From Macrostomum hystrix (taxonomy: Eukaryota; Animalia; Platyhelminthes): 64,000 nt of DNA. Below the pieces are notes generated by a model. The model searched no databases and was not told the origin of the DNA. It worked only from the letters and a program-made list of their open reading frames with translations. Numbering within the stretch: position 1 is the stretch's first letter; each line of letters opens with the position of its first letter. Where the stretch lies: the NCBI GenBank assembly GCA_950097015.1, contig CATNEN010000003.1, positions 2,728,001-2,792,000 on the forward strand. Reading direction: 5' to 3'. Of this stretch, positions 23,456 to 36,525 are shown piece after piece. The translations under genes were made by a program, and so were the position numbers.

Positions 23456-25105
23456 TTCTCTGTCGTTTCTCTTGTCAAGGAAGCAAGCTAATATATAAAC
23501 CTGTGGGTGTGTCCAGCGTCAAGCAAGTATTTGACATCAACAGAAAATGCCAAGAGCACGCTAAACACCAGCTGCTAAGGCCCCAGCAAAAAAGGGAGTC
23601 ACAGCTGACAAACAAGCATCTGAAAGATGACTGAGCACATGCAGTCCAATGATTTTATTTCACAAAAAGCTTTCATATTTTTCTGATTCTCTACTACTGT
23701 CAGAAATGTTCACAATGACAGGAAAAAATAACGACGAAAACGAATTCTTTTAGAATTTGTGCTAATTTATGAAAGAGGAAAAAGCGAACTAAATGTTCAG
23801 CTAAATAGACAGGTGAGTGACAGGTAATCAAGCATCAATTCTACCACAATTGTCAGTGCCTCAAAGCCAAATAAAAATAACACTAGTTCACAAATAACAG
23901 TCAGTTTTAAGTGACAACACAAAATTTGTTTATAAGAAATGGTTTCTGTACAACTGTGTACCAACGTCGCCTCACATGGATTCTTGCTCATTGTCTGGCA
24001 GAGGGACCAGGTGAGTCCACTCCACACAAACAGGAGCTAGAAAACTAATTTAAACAGACAAAAAAACAAAAAATATGCAAATTTTTGCTATGAACGAGTA
24101 AAATTCAATTCCTAAAGCAAAATGCGCTTCTCGCTACTAACCAACGGTTCATCAGTAGAGAGGTGCGCCTATGTGTGCATAATTTTACAAGAAAACTATA
24201 ACAGGCAAGTGCTAAGAGAAATGAATTTCGTCACAAAAAGATAAGATGTACTTTTAAGAATAATTTGTTTATACCAATTGATTTCTAGGAAAGCCAACGC
24301 AAAGTACATGAAAGTGTTCAGCATGAATAGACAAAATAAAATGAATTTTCAATCACGTGTTATCTTGACAATTAGTCCACATAAATTAATTCAAATTTAT
24401 CCCAGATTTTAAATAAAAAATGTCACCCAACCAGTTTTGAAACAAATAATAAAAATACCAAAACCAAACGAACACTAAAATGAGAATGATTTCTTGATGC
24501 AAGCCTAAAAGATTGAGATGGCAGGGTCCTATTTACAAATTCAAATTGGCGCCATCCAGTCCACAAGTGTTTGCCTGGGCAGACATTTTGGTTTCAGCTT
24601 AAATCGTAAGAAATCGTAAGAAAAAGCTTGATTTTGAACTCGGAAATGTTAAGAAAGTGTTACACAATGCTACAGAATAACAATTGACCAATGTGAATAA
24701 TAAGTATTAAATATCGCATTTTATGCTGTATTTTTTTTAATATTATGAACTGATGACGCAATTTAACCAATAATGTTGAAACTCGATCGGATGAAGCCTT
24801 TTTTTACACATGCGCTCAAACTTGTCTCAGCTTTACCGAGGGGGGACAAAATTTGAGGCGAAAAATTGAGGTAGACAGCTTGTTGCCAACTGCTGCATGT
24901 AACAGTGTTTCATTGTTGCTGCTGTAGTTCGATTAATAAAACTAATAATAACTAGTAAAAAAAGTATAAGCGCAACTTGTGTGACAACAATTTTAATTTT
25001 GATGCGAAATATTATGTAGCCATGTGGATGAATTTAAAGATGTCAATAAAGAGGTTAATATTTTACTTACTTTGCAATCTTCTCTTAATAAACTTATCAA
25101 AATCT

Positions 25106-25598
25106 CAATCTACATCTCACCCTCCAAATCTACTTCTCACCCTCCCAATCTACTTCTCACCCTCCCAGTCTACTTCTCACCCTTCCAATCTACTTCTCAC
25201 CCTTCCAATCCACTTCTCACCCTCCCCATCTACTTCTCACCCTCCCAATCCACTTCTCACCCTTCCAATCCACTTCTCACCCTCCCCATCTACTTCTCAC
25301 CCTCCCAATCTACTTCTCACCCTCCTAATCTACTTCTCACCCTCCCAATCTACTTCTCACCCTCCCAATCTACTTCTCACCCTCCCAATCTACTTCTCAC
25401 CCTTCCAATCTACTTCTCACCCTCCTAATCTACTTTTCATCTTTCCAATCCACTTCTCACCCTCCCAATCTACTTCTCACCCTCCCAATCTACTTCTCAC
25501 CCTCCCAATCTACTTCTCACCCTCCCAATCTACTTCTGACCCTCCCAATACACTTCTCACCCTCCCAATCTACTTCTAACCCTCCCAATCTACTTCTA
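25106..25598. repeat. 20-bp minisatellite CCTCCCAATCTACTTCTCAC
   Basis: Direct reading. Confidence 0.95.
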
Positions 25599-25992
25599 AA
25601 CTACCAAATTTTCATTCGCTCTCCCAATTTCCATTTAAGATGCATGTCGAAAACTAACTACAAATTGTTTTACAAACAAGCAGATACTTAAACAAAAAGT
25701 ATTTCTAGAAAAATCGTTGAAAAACAAATGAAATTAAGTATTTGTAAGATAATGGACAATCTACGCTCCAATAAAGCAAAATTAAATAGCTAACTTAATC
25801 CCAGATTAAATGTGATGCCAATAAACAAACAAGGTCATTAGCAAATGCAGAATGAGAAAGAAAGCTAAAAGAAATATGTTTGAATGCGGATGAGCTAGCA
25901 AATATCATAGCGAAGCATTTCGATTGACAAAGATTCTGAGGATTTACTCAATTTAATGAGTGTTCCTAAGCTTTTTAATAGATTTTTGTCGT

Positions 25993-26418
25993 AGGGGAAA
26001 GAGGAAGGGTAGAGAGGGGAGAGAGGGTGGGTAGAGAGGGGAAAGAGGATGAGTAGAGAGGGGAGACAGTACGGGTAGAGAGGGGAGACAGGACGGGTAG
26101 AGAGGGGAAAGAGGAAGGGTAGAGAGGGGAGAGAGGAAGGGTAGAGAGGGGAGAGAGGATGGGTAGAGAGAGTAGACAGGAAGGGTAGAGAGGGGAGACA
26201 GGAAGGGTAGAGAGGGGAGACAGGAAGGGTAGAGAGGGGAGACAGGAAGGGTAGAGAGGGCAGACAGGAAGGGTAGAGAGGGGAGACAGGAAGGGTAGAG
26301 AGGGGAGACAGGAAGGGTAGAGAGGGGAGACAGGAAGGTAGAGAGGGGGGACAGGAAGGGTAGAGAGGGGGGACAGGAAGGGTAGAGAGGGGAGACAGGA
26401 AGGGTAGAGAGGGAGACA
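25993..26418. repeat. 22-bp minisatellite ACAGGAAGGGTAGAGAGGGGAG, downstream of the KCTD stop
   Basis: Direct reading. Confidence 0.93.
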
Positions 26419-26516
26419 ACAGAAAGCCTAAAAATTGACCTATTTAGATTGTCCCCCGTCTGTGAACTTGAGTAGTCCTTGAGAACAGGACACATAAGCC
26501 CCAGCTACAAAGGGCC

Positions 26517-27053
26517 CTAATCGATAATGATGGGCACAGTCTTCTCAGTGACCACAGTCCTTAGAGGCAGTCTCTCACTCAGGCACTCACAGACGGCAGG
26601 CCTTGACCCTAGACAGTTCTCCTTCAACTGCTCGCCGGTGTCTACAAAGCTGAACTCAATGAGGTATCTTTCAAAGCTGCGATGACCGCCAGTTGGACAA
26701 TTCAGCATGCTGGAACTGTGGCTGACAATTTGTCCACCGATTCGTGTCATCTCGGCCAGGTAGTTCAGCTTGTCGTGACTGTCGGCTAGTTCCAGGCGCA
26801 TAACCCGGCACCTGTCCATCAGGGCGCGCTCCGTGGTAGTCAATGATTGGTCGCCGCAGATGCAGTCGAGTTCTAGGCGCCGAATGACGGCCTCCGGGCC
26901 GCTGATTCTAGCCACAGTCTTGGTCTTGGCGTAGTGAGGATGATAGAACTGTTCAATGCCACTGGAAGCGGATTCCATCAGCCACAGCTCCGCGAAGCGC
27001 TTGACGATGCTGGCCGACTGTGGCTGACTGCAGCGGTGACCCGTCAGCAGTTC
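26517..27053 (-). CDS. KCTD-type protein, terminal exon (178 aa, unrecognised C-terminal domain)
   Basis: CTCGCAG acceptor in phase 0, ELLTGHRC... continuous with ORF 26517..26978 to TAG; coding-like GC content. Confidence 0.75.
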   Translation of the reverse strand, partial: ELLTGHRCSQPQSASIVKRFAELWLMESASSGIEQFYHPHYAKTKTVARISGPEAVIRRLELDCICGDQSLTTTERALMDRCRVMRLELADSHDKLNYLAEMTRIGGQIVSHSSSMLNCPTGGHRSFERYLIEFSFVDTGEQLKENCLGSRPAVCECLSERLPLRTVVTEKTVPIIID

Positions 27054-27084
27054 CTGCGAGATGACAGGCGACAGAATTCACACT

Positions 27085-27805
27085 TTATCTAGCGTTTAGA
27101 AGTGCGTTTATCTGAGGGTTAGAAGTGTGTTTATCTTAGGGTTAGAAGTGTGTTTATCTGAGGGTTAGAAGTGTGTTTATCTGAGGGTTAGAAGTGTGTT
27201 TATCTGAGGGTTAGAAGTGTGTTTATCTGAGGGTTAGAAGTGTGTTTATCTGAGGGTTAGAAGTGTGTTTATCTGAGGGTTAGAAGTGTGTTTATCTGAG
27301 AGTTAGAAGTGTGTTTATCTGAGAGTTAGAAGTGTGTTTATCTGAAGGTTTGAAGTGTGTTTATCTGAGGGTAAGAAGTGTATTTATCTGAGGGCTAGAA
27401 GTGTGTTTATCTGAGGGTAAGAAGTGTATTTATCTGAGGGTTAGAAGTGTGTTTATCTGAGGGTTAGAAGTGTGTTTATCTGAGGGTTAGAAGTGTGTTT
27501 ATCTGAGGGTTAGAAGTGTGTTTATCTGAGGGTTAGAAGTGTGTTTATCTGAGGGTTAGAAGTGTGTTTATCTGAGGGTTAGAAGTGTGTTTATCTGAGG
27601 GTTAGAAGTGTGTTTATCTGAGAGTTAGAAGTGTGTTTATCTGAGAGTTAGAAGTGTGTTTATCTGAAGGTTTGAAGTGTGTTTATCTGAGGGTAAGAAG
27701 TGTATTTATCTGAGGGCTAGAAGTGTGTTTATCTGAGGGTAAGAAGTGTATTTATCTGAAGGTTAGAAGTGTGTTTATCTGAGAGTTAGAAGTGTGTTTA
27801 TCTTA
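27085..27805. repeat. 23-bp minisatellite AGGGTTAGAAGTGTGTTTATCTG
   Basis: Direct reading; begins about 30 bp from the acceptor at 27054. Confidence 0.95.
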
Positions 27806-27850
27806 GCAAAAAAGTGTAATAACTTTCTGTAAGTGTAATAAATTCCAAGA

Positions 27851-30800
27851 AGTGAATTCATAGTGAATGATGAGAATCTGATGCAGTGTGAGTGAGAGTG
27901 AATTCACAGTGAATGATGAGAATCTGATGCAGTGTGAGTGAGAGTGAATTCACAGTGAATGATGAGAATCTGATGCAGTGTGAGTGAGAGTGAATTCACA
28001 GTGAATGATGAGAATCTGATGCAGTGTGGGCCAGAGTGAATTCACAGTGAATGATGAGAATCTGATGCAGTGTGAGTGAGAGTGAATTCACAGTGAATGA
28101 TGAGAATCTGATGCAGTGTGGGCCAGAGTGAATTCACAGTGAATGATGAGAATCTGATGCAGTGTGGGCCAGAGTGAATTCACAGTGAATGATGAGAATC
28201 TGATGCAGTGTGAGTGAGAGTGAATTCACAGTGAATGATGAGAATCTGATGCAGTGTGAGTGAGAGTGAATTCACAGTGAATGATGAGAATCTGATGCAG
28301 TGTGAGTGAGAGTGAATTCACAGTGAATGATGAGAATCTGATGCAGTGTGGGTGAGAGTGAATTCACAGTGAATGATGAGAATCTGATGCAGTGTGGGTG
28401 AGAGTGAATTCACAGTGAATGATGAGAATCTGATGCAGTGTGAGTGAGAGTGAATTCACAGTGAATGATGAGAATCTGATGCAGTGTGAGTGAGAGTGAA
28501 TTCACAGTGAATGATGAGAATCTGATGCAGTGTGGGTGAGAGTGAATTCACAGTGAATGATGAGAATCTGATGCAGTGTGAGTGAGAGTGAATTCACAGT
28601 GAATGATGAGAATCTGATGCAGTGTGGGTGAGAGTGAATTCACAGTGAATGATGAGAATCTGATGCAGTGTGGGTGAGAGTGAATTCACAGTGAATGGTG
28701 AGAATCTGATGCAGTGTGAGTGAGAGTGAATTCACAGTGAATGATGAGAATCTGATGCAGTGTGAGTGAGAGTGAATTCACAGTGAATGATGAGAATCTG
28801 ATGCAGTGTGAGTGAGAGTGAATTCACAGTGAATGATGAGAATCTGATGCAGTGTGAGTGAGAGTGAATTCACAGTGAATGATGAGAATCTGATGCAGTG
28901 TGGGTGAGAGTGAATTCACAGTGAATGATGAGAATCTGATGCAGTGTGAGTGAGAGTGAATTCACAGTGAATGATGAGAATCTGATGCAGTGTGAGTGAG
29001 AGTGAATTCACAGTGAATGATGAGAATCTGATGCAGTGTGAGTGAGAGTGAATTCACAGTGAATGATGAGAATCTGATGCAGTGTGAGTGAGAGTGAATT
29101 CACAGTGAATGATGAGAATCTGATGCAGTGTGGGTGAGAGTGAATTCACAGTGAATGGTGAGAATTTGATGCAGTGTGAGTGAGAGTGAATTCACAGTGA
29201 ATGATGAGAATCTGATGCAGTGTGAGTGAGAGTGAATTCACAGTGAATGGTGAGAATCTGATGCAGTGTGAGTGAGAGTGAATTCACAGTGAATGATGAG
29301 AATCTGATGCAGTGTGAGTGAGAGTGAATTCACAGTGAATGATGAGAATCTGATGCAGTGTGAGTGAGAGTGAATTCACAGTGAATGATGAGAATCTGAT
29401 GCAGTGTGGGTGAGAGTGAATTCACAGTGAATGATGAGAATCTGATGCAGTGTGGGCCAGAGTGAATTCACAGTGAATGATGAGAATCTGATGCAGTGTG
29501 AGTGAGAGTGAATTCACAGTGAATGATGAGAATCTGATGCAGTGTGGGTGAGAGTGAATTCACAGTGAATGATGAGAATCTGATGCAGTGTGGGCCAGAG
29601 TGAATTCACAGTGAATGATGAGAATCTGATGCAGTGTGAGTGAGAGTGAATTCACAGTGAATGATGAGAATCTGATGCAGTGTGAGTGAGAGTGAATTCA
29701 CAGTGAATGATGAGAATCTGATGCAGTGTGAGTGAGAGTGAATTCACAGTGAATGATGAGAATCTGATGCAGTGTGAGTGAGAGTGAATTCACAGTGAAT
29801 GATGAGAATCTGATGCAGTGTGGGTGAGAGTGAATTCACAGTGAATGATGAGAATCTGATGCAGTGTGGGTGAGAGTGAATTCACAGTGAATGATGAGAA
29901 TCTGATGCAGTGTGGGTGAGAGTGAATTCACAGTGAATGATGAGAATCTGATGCAGTGTGGGTGAGAGTGAATTCACAGTGAATGGTGAGAATCTGATGC
30001 AGTGTGAGTGAGAGTGAATTCACAGTGAATGATGAGAATCTGATGCAGTGTGGGCCAGAGTGAATTCACAGTGAATGATGAGAATCTGATGCAGTGTGGG
30101 CCAGAGTGAATTCACAGTGAATGATGAGAATCTGATGCAGTGTGAGTGAGAGTGAATTCACAGTGAATGATGAGAATCTGATGCAGTGTGAGTGAGAGTG
30201 AATTCACAGTGAATGATGAGAATCTGATGCAGTGTGAGTGAGAGTGAATTCACAGTGAATGATGAGAATCTGATGCAGTGTGAGTGAGAGTGAATTCACA
30301 GTGAATGATGAGAATCTGATGCAGTGTGGGTGAGAGTGAATTCACAGTGAATGATGAGAATCTGATGCAGTGTGAGTGAGAGTGAATTCACAGTGAATGA
30401 TGAGAATCTGATGCAGTGTGAGTGAGAGTGAATTCACAGTGAATGATGAGAATCTGATGCAGTGTGAGTGAGAGTGAATTCACAGTGAATGATGAGAATC
30501 TGATGCAGTGTGAGTGAGAGTGAATTCACAGTGAATGATGAGAATCTGATGCAGTGTGGGTGAGAGTGAATTCACAGTGAATGATGAGAATCTGATGCAG
30601 TGTGGGTGAGAGTGAATTCACAGTGAATGATGAGAATCTGATGCAGTGTGGGTGAGAGTGAATTCACAGTGAATGATGAGAATCTGATGCAGTGTGGGTG
30701 AGAGTGAATTCACAGTGAATGGTGAGAATCTGATGCAGTGTGAGTGAGAGTGAATTCACAGTGAATGATGAGAATCTGATGCAGTGTGAGTGAGAGTGAA

Positions 30801-31846
30801 TTCACAGTGAATGATGAGAATCTGATGCAGTGTGGGTGAGAGTGAATTCACAGTGAATGATGAGAATCTGATGCAGTGTGAGTGAGAGTGAATTCACAGT
30901 GAATGATGAGAATCTGATGCAGTGTGGGTGAGAGTGAATTCACAGTGAATGATGAGAATCTGATGCAGTGTGGGCCAGAGTGAATTCACAGTGAATGATG
31001 AGAATCTGATGCAGTGTGAGTGAGAGTGAATTCACAGTGAATGATGAGAATCTGATGCAGTGTGGGCCAGAGTGAATTCACAGTGAATGATGAGAATCTG
31101 ATGCAGTGTGAGTGAGAGTGAATTCACAGTGAATGATGAGAATCTGATGCAGTGTGAGTGAGAGTGAATTCACAGTGAATGGTGAGAATCTGATGCAGTG
31201 TGGGTGAGAGTGAATTCACAGTGAATGATGAGAATCTGATGCAGTGTGAGTGAGAGTGAATTCACAGTGAATGATGAGAATCTGATGCAGTGTGAGTGAG
31301 AGTGAATTCACAGTGAATGATGAGAATCTGATGCAGTGTGGGTGAGAGTGAATTCACAGTGAATGATGAGAATCTGATGCAGTGTGGGTGAGAGTGAATT
31401 CACAGTGAATGATGAGAATCTGATGCAGTGTGGGTGAGAGTGAATTCACAGTGAATGATGAGAATCTGATGCAGTGTGGGTGAGAGTGAATTCACGGTGA
31501 ATGATGAGAATCTGATGCAGTGTGGGTGAGAGTGAATTCACAGTGAATGATGAGAATCTGATGCAGTGTGAGTGAGAGTGAATTCACAGTGAATGATGAG
31601 AATCTGATGCAGTGTGGGTGAGAGTGAATTCACAGTGAATGATGAGAATCTGATGCAGTGTGAGTGAGAGTGAATTCACAGTGAATGGTGAGAATCTGAT
31701 GCAGTGTGGGTGAGTGTGAATTCACAGTGAATGATGAGAATCTGATGCAGTGTGAGTGAGAGTGAATTCACAGTGAATGATGAGAATCTGATGCAGTGTG
31801 GGTGAGTGTGAATTCACAGTGAATGATGAGAATCTGATGCAGTGAG
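27851..31846. repeat. 46-bp satellite (about 87 copies) in KCTD intron
   Basis: Unit AGAGTGAATTCACAGTGAATGATGAGAATCTGATGCAGTGTG(A/G)GTG with GTGAATTCAC palindrome. Confidence 0.97.
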
Positions 31847-32516
31847 TGACTGTCAGATTAGACAGAATTATTAAAATTTTTGATAGACAATATTGTCCTT
31901 TCCTACCTTTGTTTTTTGGGATAATTAACTAGCTCTTCTCGTGTCTATTTTACAAACAGAAAAATATTTGCTTCGAGTCTCAAACATGAAGACTTACATT
32001 TTTCTCCCAGAGGGACCCTGCTTCTACTTAGAAGGCTGTTGGCCGTTTGCCAAGTCGAGGTTGGAGTCTATCTAGCCGAGATAGATGCATGAACTAAAAG
32101 AAGAGAAGGACGTCAACTAGGAGAGGGAAAACAGAGAAGACATTGGGGATGGAAAGAGAGAGAGAAAGGCTAGTGGGGATGAGAAGAAGTCGGGTTGGCT
32201 GGCACGCTATTGGCTGATAGTTTGGTCAGCCGGGTGGGGTGGCGAAGGAAGTACTCCCCCCAGCCTAGTCGGGGTAGCTCGCATGTTTCGACTCTGTTTT
32301 CGCGCGCCCAGCTCGACTGTGCCGGATAGGAAAAGTGCGCACTTGCTTTCTTAGAAAATTGTTTTTGCCGTACAGTAGGAAATAATCTACGGTTTGATTG
32401 ACAGGAGCCATAAGATTAATCATTGATTTGGCTTTAGGCCAAGTTTCGATTTTGAAAGATTGAAGTGAATCTATTGAATTAAAATTCGAGTTTCCTAATT
32501 GAGAAAAGCAGCTCAC

Positions 32517-32588
32517 CTGCAGGTGTCTCAAACCAAAGTACTCCGCCTCGGCTAGCAGTCTGGCTCGGTCGGCGAAGTTCTCGGGCAC
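32517..32588 (-). CDS. KCTD-type protein, exon completing the BTB domain
   Basis: CGCAG acceptor, GTGAGC donor, VPENFADRARLLAEAEYFGLRHLQ, phase 0-0. Confidence 0.9.
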
Positions 32589-33071
32589 CTGCGCGTGTCG
32601 ACGGAGAACAGAGAGGGGGGAGTGAGAAGGTGAGAGAGATAAAGGAGAGATAGACAGGGAGAGTGGGAGAGAGTGAGAGAGGGAAGGAATGAGAACGGGA
32701 GAGAGAGGGAGAGAGGGGGAGAGAAGAAGAGAGGGAGAGAGGGGGAGAGAGAGAGGAGAGCACCTCCAATCCCAGGCACTGACGCGTTAAAGAGTTAAAG
32801 CTGACTTTAACTCTAAGCTCTCTCCTTAACTCTCTTTAACTCTGACTTAAACTTTAAGCTGACTGGTCAAAGAATCTAAGAAAGGAGAGTGGGAGAGAGG
32901 GATAGAGGGAGAGAGAGAGGGGAGAGAGAGGGGAGAGAGGGAGAGAAGGAGAATTGAAGAGCGGGAGAAAAGGATAGGGAGAGGGAGAGAGAAGCAGGTC
33001 TGAGAGGGATGGAAGAGCAAGAAGAAGCCAATTCGCAGTGATTTGGATAGCAGGGACTTTAGAGGGCTCAC

Positions 33072-33362
33072 CTGAAGCCGCATGGAGCGCAGATAATTTA
33101 TCACGTGACAGAACACGTCGCCGTCCCGATCGATGAACACCCGGCCGTCCATGTCGCGACATCCGGGCAAGAAATTACCCCCGAACATGGCTGCTAGCAT
33201 GGAGTCCGGGTCGCGGCAGAGGGTGCCGCGGGTGGTGCTGAAGTGCCGCCCGCCGACGTTCAGATTGACGATGTCATTGAAGCTGGATTCGTCTCTGGAC
33301 GATGGCAACGACTGTCGATTTTTTATGGAGTGGTTGAGCAATAGGATAGGAGACCGAGGAGA
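33072..33362 (-). CDS. KCTD-type BTB/T1 domain protein, first visible coding exon (5' boundary 33362 or 33311)
   Basis: IVNLNVGGRHFSTTRGTLCRDPDSMLAAMFGG...GRVFIDRDGDVFCHVINYLR is a canonical KCTD T1 signature; donor CAG|GTGAGC; no in-frame ATG upstream of the domain. Confidence 0.9.
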
Positions 33363-33399
33363 CTGAGTAGACGGGGAAGAAAGGACAGAGAAGAGAGAA

Positions 33400-35661
33400 A
33401 AAAGTAAATGGAGATTGCGAGAGAGAAGTAGAGGGAGATTGAGAAAGAGAAGTAGATGGAGATTGAGAGAGAGAAGTAGAGGGAGATTGAGAGAGAGAAG
33501 TAGAGGGAGATTGAGAGAGAGAAGTAGATGGAGATTGAGAGAGATGTAGAGGGAGATTGAGAGAGATAAGTAGAGGGAGATTAAGAGAGAGAATTGAGAG
33601 AGATTGAGAGAGAAAAGTAGATGGAGATTGAGAGAGAGAAGTAGAGGGAGATTGCGAGAGAGAAGTAGAAGGAGATTAAAAGAGAGAAGTAGAGGGAGAT
33701 TGAGAGAGAGAAGTAGAGGGAGATTGAGAGAGAGAAGTAGAGGGAGATTGAGAGAGAGAAGTAGATGGAGATTGAGAGAGATGTAGAGGGAGATTGAGAG
33801 AGATAAGTAGAGGGAGATTGAGAGAGAGAATTGAGAGAGATTGAGAGAGAAAAGTAGATGGAGATTGAGAGAGAGAAGTAGAGGGAGATTGCGAGAGAGA
33901 AGTAGAAGGAGATTGAAAGAGAGAAGTAGAGGGAGATTGAGAGAGAGAAGTAGAGGGAGATTGAGAGAGATGTAGAGGGAGATTGAGAGAGAGAAGTAGA
34001 GGGAGATTGAGAGAGAGAAGTAGATGGAGATTGAGAGAGATGTAGAGGGAGATTGAGAGAGATAAGTAGAGGGAGATTAAGAGAGAGAATTGAGAGAGAT
34101 TGAGAGAGAAAAGTAGATGGAGATTGAGAGAGAGAAGTAGAGGGAGATTGCGAGAGAGAAGTAGAAGGAGATTAAAAGAGAGAAGTAGAGGGAGATTGAG
34201 AGAGAGAAGTAGAGGGAGATTGAGAGAGAGAAGTAGAGGGAGATTGAGAGAGAGAAGTAGATGGAGATTGAGAGAGATGTAGAGGGAGATTGAGAGAGAT
34301 AAGTAGAGGGAGATTGAGAGAGAGAATTGAGAGAGATTGAGAGAGAAAAGTAGATGGAGATTGAGAGAGAGAAGTAGAGGGAGATTGCGAGAGAGAAGTA
34401 GAAGGAGATTGAAAGAGAGAAGTAGAGGGAGATTGAGAGAGAGAAGTAGAGGGAGATTGAGAGAGATGTAGAGGGAGATTGAGAGAGAGAAGTAGATGGA
34501 GATTGAGAGAGAGAAGTAGATGGAGATTGAGAGAGAGAAGTAGATGGAGATTGAGAGAGAGAAGTAGAGGGAGATTGAGAGAGAGAAGTAGATGGAGATT
34601 GAGAGAGAGAAGTAGATGGAGATTGAGAGAGAGAAGTAGAGGGAGAGTGAGAGTGAGAAGTAGATGGAGATTGAGAGAGAGAAGTAGAGGGAGATTGAGA
34701 GAGAGAAGTAGATGGAGATTGAGAGAGAGAAGTAGATGGAGATTGAGAGAGAGAAGTAGATGGAGATTGAGAGAGAGAAGTAGAGGGAGATTGCGAGAGA
34801 GAAGTAGAAGGAGATTGAAAGAGAGAAGTAGAGGGAGATTGAGAGAGAGAAGTAGAGGGAGATTGAGAGAGATGTAGAGGGAGATTGAGAGAGAGAAGTA
34901 GATGGAGATTGAGAGAGAGAAGTAGATGGAGATTGAGAGAGAGAAGTAGATGGAGATTGAGAGAGAGAAGTAGAGGGAGATTGAGAGAGAGAAGTAGATG
35001 GAGATTGAGAGAGAGAAGTAGATGGAGATTGAGAGAGAGAAGTAGAGGGAGAGTGAGAGTGAGAAGTAGATGGAGATTGAGAGAGAGAAGTAGAGGGAGA
35101 TTGAGAGAGAGAAGTAGATGGAGATTGAGAGAGAGAAGTAGATGGAGATTGAGAGAGAGAAGTAGATGGAGATTGAGAGAGAGAAGTAGAGGGAGAGTGA
35201 GAGAGAGAAGTAGAGGGAGATTGAGAGAGAGAAGTAGAGGGAGATTGAGAGAGAGAAGTAGACGGATAGTTAGAGATAGATTGAGAGAGAGAAGTAGATG
35301 GAGAGTGGGAGAAAGAAGTAGAGGGAGAGTGAGAGAGAGAAGTAGAAGGAGATTGAGAGAGAGAAGTAGAAGGAGATAAAGAGAGAGAAGTAGATGGAGA
35401 GTGAGAGAGAGAAGTAGAGGGAGAGTGAGAGAGAAGTAGAAGGAGATTGAGAGAGAGAAGTAGAAGGAGATTGAGAGAGAGAAGTAGAGGGAGATTGAGA
35501 GAGAGAAGTAGAAGGAGATAAAGAGAGAGAAGTAGAGGGAGAGTGAGAGAGAGAAGTAGATGAAGATTGAGAGAGAGAAGTAGAAGGAGATAAAGAGAGA
35601 GAAGTAGAGGGAGATAAAGAGAGAGAAGTAGATGGAGAGTGAGAGAGAGAAGTAGAGGGAG

Positions 35662-35696
<35 letters not shown>

Positions 35697-36525
35697 TGCA
35701 GGAGGGCTGCGGGCAATGGCACATCATTTAGTGACACTAGACCCGCAGCCAGCGAGGAGGCAATTCTGCCCATTTCGCTGACTCCTGAGCACACACGCAC
35801 GCAGATACTGTACGCAGGCATTCGCTCACACAGGTGTGTACATCTGCCCTGACTTTCTCATCGTCAGGCAGTGTACATTTCACTGTGTCTTGGAGGTTGG
35901 CCCTCAAGGGCGTCAATTGCACGACAAGCCCCAAAGCCTTCTCTCCGCGGCTGCGCCCCAAATGAATGTGGCCTCGCCGTGGAATCGAACTTAGGGACCG
36001 TGGTGCGAGAGGCAAACGCGTTAACCGCTCTGCCACTCACCCCCCTTAGAGGGAGATAAAGAGAGAGAAGTAGAGGGAGAGTGAGAGAGAGAAGTAGATG
36101 AAGATTGAGAGAGAGAAGTAGAAGGAGATAAAGAGAGAGAAGTAGATGGAGAGTGAGAGAGAGAAGTAGAAGCAGATAAAGAGAGAGAAGTAGATGGAGA
36201 GTGAGAGAGAGAAGTAGAAGCAGATAAAGAGAGAGAAGTAGAAGGAGATAAAGAAAGAGAAGTAGATGAAGATTGAGAGAGAGAAGTAGAAGGAGATAAA
36301 GAGAGAGAAGTAGATGGAGAGTGAGAGAGAGAAGTAGAAGCAGATAAAGAGAGAGAAGTAGATGGAGAGTGAGAGAGAGAAGTAGAAGCAGATAAAGAGA
36401 GAGAAGTAGAAGGAGATAAAGAGAGAGAAGTAGATGGAGAGTGAGAGAGAGAAGTAGAAGCAGATAAAGAGAGAGAAGTAGAAGGAGATAAAGAAAGAGA
36501 AGTAGATGGAGAGTGAGAGAAAGAA
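33400..36525. repeat. 24-bp GA-rich minisatellite GAGAGAGAAGTAGAGGGAGATTGA, interrupted by SINE family 2
   Basis: Direct reading. Confidence 0.95.
35666..36046 (-). mobile_element. tRNA-derived SINE (family 2) inserted in GA-rich minisatellite
   Basis: A box TGGCAGAGCGG, B box GTTCGATTCC, (TTA)n tail, 13-bp TSD TAGAGGGAGATAA at 35653-35665 and 36047-36059. Confidence 0.85.

Noticed and set aside
16452-23634. Long low-complexity ORFs (also 8774-9313, 10148-10980, 33676-36583, 52187-53785, 55415-58555)
   Set aside because: Translations of minisatellites, open in several frames at once
27851-31846. Palindrome-containing 46-bp array as a CRISPR array (also the 39-bp array at 39706-48122 and the 34-bp array at 61150-61925)
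   Set aside because: Head-to-tail units with no unique spacers, no cas genes, eukaryotic intron context
32791-32814. 10-bp perfect hairpin AGAGTTAAAG-CTGA-CTTTAACTCT in KCTD intron
   Set aside because: Short and within a patch of TTAACTCT micro-repeats; no independent support for function
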